This document shows, in pieces, positions 23,401-34,436 of a stretch of DNA of 64,000 nucleotides; positions within the stretch are counted from its first letter, which is position 1; each line of letters opens with the position of its first letter. Below the pieces are notes generated by a model, which had not been told where the DNA came from, ran no database searches, and saw only the letters and a list, made by a program, of their open reading frames with translations. Location: NCBI RefSeq assembly GCF_009914755.1, contig NC_060933.1; one strand, given 5' to 3'. Origin of the DNA: the human T2T-CHM13v2.0 reference genome, Homo sapiens. Made by a program: the position numbers and the translations under genes.

Positions 23401-24264
23401 CTTCATGACTAAAACACCAAAAGCAATGGCAAAAAAAAAAAAAAAAAAAAGCCAAAATTGACAAATGGGATCTGATTAAACTAAAGAGCTTCTGCACAGC
23501 AAAAGAAACTATCATCAGAGTGAACAGGCAACCTACAGAATGGGAGAAAATTTTGGCAGTCTATCCATCTGACAAAGGGCTAATATCCAGAATCTACAAA
23601 GAGCTTAAACAAATTTAAAAGAAAGAAAACAAACAACCCCATCAAAAAGTGGGTGAAGGATATGAACAGACACTTCTGAAAAGAAGACATTTATGCAGCC
23701 AACAAACATAAGAAAAGAAGCTCATCATCACTGGTCATTAGAGAAATACAAATCAAAACTACAATGAGATACCTTCTCACTTCAGTTACAATGGCAATAA
23801 TTAAAAAGTCAGGAAACAACAGATGCCGGAGAGGATGTGGAGAAATAGGAACACTTTTACACTGTTGGTGGGAGTTTAAATTAGTACAACCATTGTGGAA
23901 GAGAGTGTGGCGATTCCTCAAGGATCTAGAACTAGAAATACCATTTGACCCAGCAATCCCACTACTGGGTATATACCCAAAGGATTATAAATTATTCTAC
24001 TATAAAGACATATACACATATATGTTTATTGCAGTGCTGTTCCTAGTAGCAAAGACTTGGAATCAACCCAAATGCCCATCAATGATAGACTGGATAAAGA
24101 AAATGTGGCACATATACACCAGGGAATCCTATGCATCCACAAAAAAGGACGAGTTCATGTCCTTTGCAGGGACATGGATGAAGCTGGAAACCATCATTTT
24201 CAGCAAACGAACACAAAAACAGAAAACCAAACACCGCATGTTCCCACTCATAAGTGGGAGTTGA
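20436..24264 (+). pseudogene. L1 ORF2p (endonuclease/reverse transcriptase), disrupted
   Basis: The start codon position reads AAG (tcataAAGacaggatc). EN motifs NIYAPN and SDH, RT motifs [10 protein letters not shown] and LFADDMIVY, and C-terminal [18 protein letters not shown] are present. The ORF is broken into many short pieces. Confidence 0.94.
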
Positions 24265-24982
24265 ACAATGAGAACACATGGACACAGGGAGGGGAACATC
24301 ACATGCTGGGGCCTGTCGTGGGGTGGGGGGGGCTAGGGGAGGGATAGCATTAGGAGAAACACCTAATGTAGATTGCGGGTTGATTGGTGTTGCAAACCAC
24401 CATGGCATGTGTATACCTATGTAACAAACCTGCATGTTCTGCACATGTACCCCAAAACTTAAAGTATAATAATAATAACAATAATAAAATTCTAATGGGA
24501 AAAATGGCTAGTAAACTTTCTAAATAGTTCTCATTATTTTTCCTGTCACCACACAGAGCAAAGTTTTTCAAATATGCGATACAATATATAGAAACTAAGG
24601 TAATAATGAGAGTTTAACCTAATCAATCGAGTTTAAGTTCCCCAAGCAGTTTCTCAATAAAAGTTAGTAATAATTAAAATTAAGAGCCTTTAATTGCCCA
24701 GTTTTCCATAAGTATATGTGTTGCTCTTTATATCCAACCAGAGTCTCAAAATTCTATGTTGTCTTGAATTCACTTGCTTCAAGTATCAACAGCTCCTCAT
24801 TGAGCTAATTTGTGATACAATGTGTGTATTCTAAATGAACTCAGCTGTACTGTTTCTGTGAGTTCTAGTATTATCTCATTGGCATCCTAATTATAAATCT
24901 GCTATTATTCATTTTTCTCTTATCAAACTATGTTTATACAAAAATAATAAAACCCTACGGTAGAAACACAAGCAATTCATTT

Positions 24983-26823
24983 TGTATTGATTCATACTAT
25001 TTGAAAGTGTTTATGGGGTACATGTGATATTTTGTTAGATGCATAGAATATGTAATAATCAAGTCTGGATATTTAGGATATCTGTCACTTTGAACATTTA
25101 TCATTTATATTTGTTGGAAACATTTCCAGTTCTTTATTCTATCTAATTTGAAACATATAATGCATTGTTGTTAACTATAGTTACCCTACTTTATTATAAA
25201 CATGAGCACTTATTCCTTCTATCGAAATGTATGTTTTTACCAATTAAATAACCTGTTTTCATCCACCACCAAACATCTCCACACACACAAATCCTTCCCG
25301 GGATGTAACTATCATGCTACCTCCATGAAATAAACATTTTTAGCTCTCACATATGAGTAAGAACATATGACATCTGTCTTTCTGTGCCTGGCTTATTTCA
25401 CTTAACATAATGACCCACATTTCCATCCATGTTGCTATAAATGACAGGACTGTGTTCTTTCTTATGGCTGAATAGTATTCCATCATGTTTTCTTTATCCA
25501 TTCATTCATTGATGGGTACTTAGGTTGATTTCATAGCTTTACTATTGTAAATAGAGCTACAATATACATGGAGGTGAAGATATCTCTTTAATATATGGCT
25601 TTCTTTTCCTTCAGTAGTGGGATTGCTGCATCATATGGTAGTTCTATTTTTAGTTATTGTTTGAGAAATATCCATACTGTTTTCCATAATGGATGTACTA
25701 ATTTACATTCTCACCAACAGTGTATAACAGTTCCCTTAAATACTGGATGTAAAAGATACATCCTTGCCAGCATCTCTTATTTTTTGTCCTTTGATAATAG
25801 CCATTCTAACTGGGGTAGAATGATATATCATTGTGGTTTGGGTTGGCATTTTTTTAATGTTTGGTGATGCTAAACGCTTTTTTCATTTAATTTTGTGCCA
25901 TTTGTATGTCTTATTTTGAAAAATATCTATTCATATCATTTGCCCTGTTTTTATTGGGATTATTTGATTTTTGTTGTTGAATTGTTTGAGTTCCTTGTAT
26001 TCTGGATCTTAGTTCCTTACAGGATGAATAGTTTGCAAATATTTTTTCTCATTCAACAGGTTGTCTCTTCGCTTTCTTGATTTTTTTTCCCTTGCTGTGC
26101 AGAGTTTTTAGTTTAATATAGTTTTATTTGTCTATTTTTGTTTATATTGCCTGTACTTTTCAGGTGTTAGCCATAAAATCTTTGCCTACATCAATGTCCT
26201 GAAGTGTTTTTCCTGTTTTCTTATAGTAGTTTTGTAATTTCACCTCTTGCATTTAAGACCTTAATCTATTTTGAGTTGACTTTTGTATATAGTGAGAGAT
26301 AGCATCTGGCTTCATTATTCTGCATATGGATGTCCAATGTTCCCAGCATCATTTATTAAAGAGAATGTCATTTTCCTAATATATATTCTCAGTATCTTTG
26401 CTAAAAATATTTGGCTATAAATACATAAATTTAATTCTTGGTTATATTTTCCATTCCATTAGTCTATGTGTCTGTTTTTACACCAACACCATGCTGTCTT
26501 GTTTACTGTAGCTTTGTAGTATATTTTGAAGTTAAATAGTGTGATGTCGCCAGCTTTGTTCTTTGTGTTCAAGATTGCTTTGGCTATTTGGGGTCTTTTG
26601 TGGTTTCATAAAAATTTAAAGATTTTATTCTATTTCTGTGAATAATACCATTAGTATTTTGATACAGTTTGCATTGAATATTTGCATTATTTTGGGAGGT
26701 ATAGTCATGTTAACAATATTACATTGTCTGATTCATTATCATGGGATGTCTTTTCATTTGTAATCTTTCCAATTTCTTTGATTACTGGTATGCAGTTTTC
26801 CTTGCAGAGGTTTTTCACCTCCT
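24983..26823 (-). mobile_element. 5'-truncated L1MA (MA3/MA4-like)
   Basis: The 3' end reads tttatggggtacatgtgatattttgtta...gttgttaactatagttaccctact, followed by ORF2 3' sequence. A degenerate TSD caagca(a/g)ttc(a/g)ttt is at 24969-24982 and 26824-26837. Confidence 0.88.
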
Positions 26824-26837
26824 CAAGCAGTTCGTTT

Positions 26838-27175
26838 CTATCATTCTTTTTATAGCTGCATTATATTTCACTGCACAGAAATATCAGAATTGTGTTAACC
26901 GGTTTTGTCTGTCACTGGGCGGTTAGACTGCTTCCAACTGTTTACTATTATAAAAATGTTGCAATAAATATCCTTATGATTAAAATTATTACATACTTGT
27001 GTGAATATATTATGGGGCAAAATCCTAAAAGTGGAATTGTTGGGTCTAAGATATATACTTTATTTTGATATATAAAGCCAAATTTTTCTCAGTGTATTTT
27101 ATCACCTCACTCTCCTATCAAGAGTATATATGGGTACTAGTTTTAACAAATCCTAAGCAACTCAGCATCCTTTTC
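26838..27175 (-). mobile_element. Old L1M (L1ME-like) 3' fragment
   Basis: cattctttttatagctgca...ttgcaataaatatcctt...cctaaaagtggaattgttgggtc. Confidence 0.7.
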
Positions 27176-27379
27176 AAATGTACTCAGAGATGACGGATTT
27201 CATCTCCATATTGATCCTTCAAACTTCTAAACAATTGAAGAGAACTAAGGATGAAAAAATATGTCCTTTTAATTTTTCCACTTACTTTCTTTCTCCTTTT
27301 CTTATTTTCTTCTTCACTTAAAAAATGGCTTATTAATTTCATAAATACTATTCCTTTGAAACCCAACTGATTTCTTTCT

Positions 27380-27711
27380 TCCTTTTGTTTTTTTGTTTTG
27401 TTGTGTTGTGTTTTTTGAAGACAGAGTCTCACTCTGTTGCCTAGGCTGAAGTGTAATGGCACAATCTCGACTCACTTCAACCTCCCCTTCCCGGGTTCAA
27501 TCGATTCTCCTGCCTCAGCCTCCTGAGTAGCTCGGACTACAGGCATGCACCACCACATCCAGCTATTTCTTTTTTTTTTTTTTGTATTTTTAGTAGAGAA
27601 GGGGTTTCACCATGTTGGTCAGGCTGGTTTCAAACTCCTGACCTCAAATGATCTGCCCACCTCAGCCTACCAAAGTGCTGGGATTAAAGGCATGAACCAC
27701 CACACCTGGCG
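27380..27711 (-). mobile_element. AluS (Sx/Sz-like), full length
   Basis: Two Alu arms with ctcctgacctcaaatgatctgccc. The 17-bp TSD ccaact(g/a)atttctttct is at 27363-27379 and 27712-27728. Confidence 0.94.
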
Positions 27712-29439
27712 CCAACTAATTTCTTTCTGACAACAGTTTCTTCATCTTTTTCACAATCAACACTATCCTCTCTTTATATTTTATAAATATAGATATATAC
27801 ATATGTGTCTGCTACGATAAATTTGACGTCAATTTAAACAAAAAAATTAGAACTATTTTTAAACGAAGAAACTTTAAGAAGGGCACAATTTTGCAGGCTA
27901 CGCAGTATTTGACAACATTTTTGGACAACATTTGTGTTAGCACCTTATCACTTGGTATCACTGATTCTGTCACTTTTCTTTTGTTCCAAAATGTGCAGCA
28001 TGTCATAAAACTTTTAATGAAATAATATGTTCAGAGTTTATTACTTTTTGAGATAACTGGAGATCCCCTGAGGTATCATACAATCAAAGCTGGGAACTCT
28101 TCCTCACAATTGGTAAAATGGTGTTTTATTAACCAATTACTCTCTTTTTGGACACACGAACAAGAAGCCTTTATGGAGACTTAAAATCATGTAAGAATAG
28201 TGTAAAGCAATAAAATCCATGTCCAACTCTTCTCATTTGTTTCAGGGACAAACTGAAGATTCTAAAAATGGTATGAGGAGAAATGTATGTAGCATTTAAG
28301 AGAAAAGCCAGTAAAAGAAAAAGATTGTTCATTAATGTACATAGCAAAAGAAATATCAAGGCAAAATATACCTTCTCTTGCCCCCTGCCAACTGATACAA
28401 AAATGGAAAACATGATTTCAGAAGTACAGAGGCTTATCAAAAGAAAAAAAATTCAACGTTATCATTATTAGTCATGCCTATTTTAATAAAGAAGCACAAA
28501 ATCTAGTCAAGTTCAATATAAACCTCATGCAGATAAATGGAAGGTTTAGGAAAGAGGTTGATGAGGAATGTAATGTTTCTGTGACAAAAGAAAGGGAAGA
28601 AACATATTCACTGAGAGTTAGAAAAAAAAATGTAATTTTAAAGGGAAAGGAATAATGGAAATTTGGATCTTTCCCAGGTTCTTGGGGAAAGTGTTTACAC
28701 GAATCCCAATGGACATTAAAGCTTTTGGCTGAAACTCTATTGTCTCCTTTTGTTGATAAGCCTTTGGTATATGTATGCATTCCTGAATAGACACACTTAC
28801 GTGTAACACTGTCTTCTAATAACAGACAGCTGTAGTGAAATTTTGACAAGTCTGAATAGTTGTTAAACGCAAAAGGCTGCAAAGATGATTTTTTTCATTA
28901 ATATGTTGTTACTCTGGGCAGAGGACAGCTGAGTCCAAAAGAACTTTGAGAACAAGCTGCTTGTTCCAGTAACCTGCTGTACCTATGCATTCAAACTTTC
29001 TTTGCCACAGAAGAAGCATGTGTGGTAAATGGGAACCAATTTGATTGCAAACTTCATTTGGCCAGTTTCCTATAAATGTGGATGCAAGATCCAACTTTGC
29101 ATATTCAAATTGGGAATATTTATATACCGATTTTTTTTTTACTTTTTATTTTACTTATGCTTTACATGTGGTATGCAATCAGCAGTCTTCCCTTCCTTTT
29201 TCTCTAGTACTAGGGAAAAAACCTAGGAAGGTGCTGGTTTTACTTATACTGTCTTAACTTTGTCTTTCTTAATATTGCTAACCCATAGGAGAAAAATTTA
29301 GTCTTCACAATGCCTTTTTCTAAACTTAAAGTTAACCTTTATACTGATCAAGAAAAGAACTAAGGAAGCTTATAATTATATGTACCAGAATGACTAAAAA
29401 ATGTGAAAATCTAAACAAAAATGCAATCTCTTCTGAGAA

Positions 29440-29715
29440 TCTAAGACATAAGTATTAGTTTTGGCTTCGCTACTCATTTTGCCAAATAATCTTCAAAGAA
29501 TCCTCATCTTATTTTGAAATTCAGTTCTCTCATCTACAAAATCAAGATAAATATAATTGCACTCTCTGCTTCATTGGGATATTTGTATGCTCATTCTATC
29601 CTGCATTTACACATTTATTTAGCAACTATTTATTGTGTACCTACTATGTGTTGGGCACCAAGCTGTTGTGAGAACCAAATGAAAATTAAAGCACATAAAG
29701 CTACCTTTAAAACAG
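29440..29715 (+). mobile_element. MIR apparently interrupted by a minus-strand L2 tail (about 29590-29660)
   Basis: The MIR core tcagttctctcatctacaaaat and later gttgtgagaaccaaatga are separated by catttatttagcaactatttattgtgtacctactatgtgttgggcac, the L2 terminus reversed. Confidence 0.6.
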
Positions 29716-31445
29716 AAAAGTTAGCATATTTTTTCAGGTTATTGATAGTAGTGGCATTGTATTATTCCTTGTATAATCAGACTCAACTCTAGGAATTATA
29801 AGATCAATTTACAATACAAAGATAACTAGGTTAGCCATAATGTGCTTTCCATCCTCACTGTTAACCACACGCGGTAATTCTGATGACATAAAATGCTTTT
29901 TCAGGTGAGCTTGGTGTGAGATCGAATTGTCAGGACTGCCCATTGGGAGAGATGTCATAGAGCTTTATTTACCACTTTTTTTTTCTCTCTCTCTTCCCTG
30001 GCCTCCAACATTCACAGACACATCTGGTTCTGCCAGTTAATTGCTTGTGTTTCTCACACAGTGACCAATAAGGTCTCATCTCACCTCATTGTTATTATTC
30101 ACCTTTGAGAGTTGTGGCTACTTAAAAAAATAAAAACAACCAGAGTCCAGTGAGATGGAATATAGTCAGTAGTCAGACATGATTTGGTACTGTCATTTGA
30201 TGAGAGAATCTTTGAATGCCTATTATGAGATTTTATGTTATAACTGATTTTTCATTACATACTCCAGTGCCAACATTGGAATAAAAAGGTAAAGTAAATT
30301 ATTTCTGCATATTGGGGCTATCCACTCTTCCTCATCCATTTGAGGCTATTTTGTAAAGAACATTGATTTCTTAAAATATTGATTTTGTTTTTGATAAAGT
30401 AAGCACATACACAATTAAATAGTATTTTAGTACTGTAGGAATATGGAAGTATTGATTACTACTAACATGAAGTAGAATATATAGACGCCTTTTAGTTTTG
30501 TTGGATTAGAAACGGATTTTCAATAGGAAAACTCTAATAAGGTATTTTATAAAAACCTATCATAAGAAGTTTTAAAATTTATAAACTCTTGCTTAAAGAA
30601 AAGATTTGCCTGCATCCTTTACCTGATATGAAAATAAATGAATGGTAACATTCTTATCATCTATGTTTGTGTAACTGAATAGCATATATTATCTATCTCT
30701 AAAACATAAGTGCTTTATATATAAAAGCATGACAAACATATAAACAGAAAAGAGAGTAAGACAATAAAAATGATGCTAAAGTAGCAAGTCACCCAAAAAA
30801 CAATCTAAGGAAATCCAAAGGTACCATTTCACTGACCTTGGAAAGAGAAATTTTGTTGTATTTGTGCTAAAGTTCAGGAGCAAATGTGAAAGTTTGAAAT
30901 GTAATTTTATGAAATATAAAATTTCTTGTCATCTAGATTACTTTTTGTGAAGAACGAACACATTCTTGGTAACTATAATTACATACAGAGTAAAACAAAC
31001 CCATCCTTTAGTCTGTCAATGGTCCTGACACTATGAAAACATAGTGGTTGAAGATAACCAGACACAACCTTGATTATCAATAATGATTGGATATATGTCC
31101 TCTCCATTCTTCCTCTCTCCGCAGGCTTTACTGTTAGCAATCTCCATAGGCAAAACCTTTCTGAAGACCAGATTGGAACAGAAATTTGAAAAGAAATGCT
31201 GAAAGGAGCCTACATAAGAGCATAACTTCCACCATTTGACAATTCAGTCCAGGAAACCATCCCGATAATTCCTGATAATTACACACAGCTTGACAGTGTT
31301 AACTTGGACTCTTTCTCTTATGCACTATTCATATAGGTTGCTGTAGCTCATAATTATATATTTGAAGAAAAGAGAGAGTATACAAACCTAAAAATAAACA
31401 ATATGTACAAAGACAGCAGACATGGTCAGAGACAGGTACAGATTA

Positions 31446-31465
31446 CACACACACACACACACACA
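31446..31465 (+). repeat. (CA)n microsatellite
   Basis: Visible cacaca run. Confidence 0.9.
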
Positions 31466-31504
31466 AATTTTTAAAAAGTCCCTAATACTCCTTATTTTGT
31501 TCAT

Positions 31505-31870
31505 TTTCACTTCACAGTGCTACTAGAATAGTTTTCCCAAGACAAAACTATCAATTATCATAGGATTTCAAAATTTAAAATCCTGCATATAGCTCTTAAT
31601 CAACTTGAAGATAAAGTAGCTATTTCTCAGCAAGGGATGTAAAGCCATCTATGTGTGGCTCCCAGGTTGGAATCTGGCATAAACTCCACCTAAATCTACA
31701 TGTATAGCCATTAAGTCTACTGCCAGTTCCCAGGACCAGCCACTTGGATGCATTTGCATCTGCTTCCGATGTGTTTTTACTGAATTTCACTGTGTGTTGA
31801 ATTCAGTCACCATTCAAAATTTAGCTAAACTAACACCGCCTGTTAGAGGCCTTCCATAATACCTTTCCCT
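31505..31870 (+). mobile_element. L2 fragment
   Basis: cacagtgctactagaatagttttc...aaaatcctgca...gataaagt...aaagccatctatgtgtggctcc. Confidence 0.55.
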
Positions 31871-31894
31871 TACTATGCAGAGAGAGATGTATAA

Positions 31895-32700
31895 ATGATG
31901 CATGGGCCATTACGATAGGTGCCATAGAGAGGTATAGGGAAAGAGGTAAGGAAAAGTCTCACGGTTCAGACTAGACAGATCATTTATCACCCTAGTGCTT
32001 TCTGTTCAACTTCATGGAGGTAGTGGTCTTTAAGCTGTGGAGATTTAATAAATGGACGTGATGATACAGGAGTGGTAACAGAAGCTTATAAGTGAGAGAT
32101 AGTTTAAAATAATTTTTTCATTAGCCTAATAAATGTGAATTTTAATCTTCAGGTAGAGAAGATATTCAGAATGTTACGAAGCAGGAAAGAAACAGTCAGT
32201 TATTCTGTAGAAATATTAATATGGTAGATACATACAAAATGCATTTGTATGGGAAAGGATATTCTGGAAGTGTGAAGAACAGATTGAAAATTATTATGAT
32301 AGGACAGGAGAAAAAGCCTCCAACCAGGACAAGGTTGGAATAAAAAGGGTGAAATTTCCAAATATTTTAGAAACAGAATCAAAGGATTTGTCACTTTTTT
32401 ACAGGTGAAGGATGAGATTTAAGAAGTGAGAAGATGACTTTGGGATTTTGAATCTTGATGAAAAGAAATATAGCAGGAACAAGTAAACAAATAAGAATCA
32501 GGAACTCCTGAGTAGGCAGTGGACGATGAGTTTAGATTTGTCATAGAAAATTTGAGTTTATGTTGGCACATCATATTAGAAGGGACTGTGAGGCAATTGG
32601 AAATGCATTCCTGAAGTTTGGGAGAGAGCTCAAGGCTGAAATACATATTTGATAGTAGTTTTCATTGTGTCAGTGAGAAATTATAAATAGGTTATAGATT
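31895..32700 (-). mobile_element. L2 fragment
   Basis: agaatcaaaggatttg...aagatgactttgggatttt...gatgagtttagatttgtcatag...ggagagagctcaaggctgaaatacatatttg. Confidence 0.7.
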
Positions 32701-34117
32701 AGATAGAGATAATAGATGATACAGATAAATAAATAATCATGAGTATACATCATGACACAAGCCAAGGGGGGAAACTTGCAAGAGTACAACAGTGATCAAC
32801 ACTATCCACTAGCCACTATTGATAGACTATTTTGAATGAATGGTTGAGGCAGGATTAGAAGTTATGTCTTCAAATTCCAAGTTTTCTCTTTTGACATTAT
32901 TATACAGCCAAGTATCACACTCATCCTTTCAGAATTGCAGGTTTTCTCTGGTATTTGAGTGCTTGGTCATAAGTTTCTTCAGGGCTGTGGGACAAGATAA
33001 TATAGATTTGTACCTCCTAACTCTACTTCCTTGCCATTTAAGTGCATCTGGGAATGATGTGAGAGGTAGTGGATAGAAAAGATTTACAAACATATATAGA
33101 GAAAAGAAAGAGAAATAGCAAGTTGACATTAAAATGTATGCACATGTAGTTCATTTTCATGATTAGAAAATATATAATTATGATTCATTTTTTATATGAG
33201 AGATCTAGCATGAATGGCTTGATTATTATGCTTGTGTCACTTTTATCATTTGAGCTTTCAGTTTCATCTCTAAAATGTTTGTTTTTAAAATAAGGTCAAT
33301 CACAGATTGCATGATTTGGGAAGCCAGCTGTAAGGTATGCCTACCTATAAAATATGAGATATATCTAAATCATCAGCAGAATAAATGTAGTTTATTTTGT
33401 AAACTTCAGGACCTAATATCATAAATGTCTTAACTTTATTACATCTATCAGTATACTTACCTCTTCTGAAATTGGAATGTCTATATGAAACTATAGGTTT
33501 CATATATGAAACAATTAAACAATTAGATTATTAATTGGGGGTTACTTTTAAATTTATTATATGCAATATGACAGTAACTCAAAACCAAATTTCTGGAACT
33601 TTTAAACAATGTGTTTGCATTGTATTTCTATGCATGTTTTAGAGTGTCTCAATTTTACTATCATAAATGTTTAACATTAATTCATCCTTAATATGTCTCC
33701 TAAGATACGACAAATAATTTGTGTGGGTTAAAGTAAAACATACCTTGCTCCATTAGCCCTTTACAGTTCCGCAGGGCACAGCAATAGGCCCCATGGAACT
33801 ATTGAGAAGAATTAACCTTCCTTTGGCAGCCTCTACCAATTTTGCACTCAAGCTGGTTGATCCCCAGAGAGTGGCTCATTTGTTAGTTGGTGGCTTATGC
33901 CATTTATAGTAGTATATTTTAAGAAATGAGTCTTTCTCATGAAAGTTTCATGCTGCATCAATTTCATAATGATTTTCTCTAGGTTTATCATAAAACTTGG
34001 AATCGCTTTTGGATCCAGATTAGCCACTGTGGAATTCATAAGAAAATAAGAGATAGTTTAAGACACAAAGTGAGCTGAACATAGTATTTTGGGTTTTAAA
34101 TTTATAATGGTGTTGTA

Positions 34118-34259
34118 ATATATATATATATGATGCTAAGGTAATTTATGTGTATGTGTCTATATATATATATATACATATATACACATACATATGTATA
34201 TATGTATATCTATGTATATATACATAGATATACATATATATAGACACACACACATATAT
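34118..34259. repeat. (TA)n/(TG)n/(CA)n compound repeat containing a 44-bp perfect palindrome (34197-34240)
   Basis: tatatatgtatatctatgtata|tatacatagatatacatatata is its own reverse complement. Confidence 0.9.
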
Positions 34260-34407
34260 GATAAAGACGACTGTGCACTATTATACAAAATATAAGAAAA
34301 GTATACTATTCCCAATAATTTAATAATTTAGCATATTGTCCTCTACTATAAATGTAAAGGTCCTTTGACATTTGGAAAATGCAACCTTAGTTATAGTAAC
34401 AGAAGAC

Positions 34408-34436
34408 ACCGCAATTACTTTCCCAACAACCTAATA
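34408..34436. mobile_element. MADE1 (Hsmar1-derived MITE) terminal fragment
   Basis: accgcaattactttcccaacaacctaata resembles the MADE1 TIR accgcaattacttttgcaccaacctaa followed by TA. Confidence 0.65.

Larger units (their letters stand above)
18261..24485 (+). mobile_element. Near full-length LINE-1 (L1PA7-like), inactivated
   Basis: Shows the 5'UTR start ggcaagatggccgaatagg, ORF1, ORF2, a G-rich 3'UTR and an (AAT)n tail. The perfect 16-bp TSD aaaattctaatgggaa is at 18245-18260 and 24486-24501, at a canonical TT/AAAA endonuclease site. Confidence 0.97.

Noticed and set aside
19351-24264. Long ORFs with RT and endonuclease motifs as a possible novel retro-system
   Set aside because: They are ordinary LINE-1 ORF1/ORF2 fragments, broken by stops and frameshifts.
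28950-28966. Inverted repeat gaacaagc-t-gcttgttc as a p53 or steroid-receptor element
   Set aside because: The CWWG cores are 3 bp apart where p53 needs 6, and the spacing does not fit the AGAACAnnnTGTTCT pattern. An 8-bp arm is also expected by chance in 64 kb.
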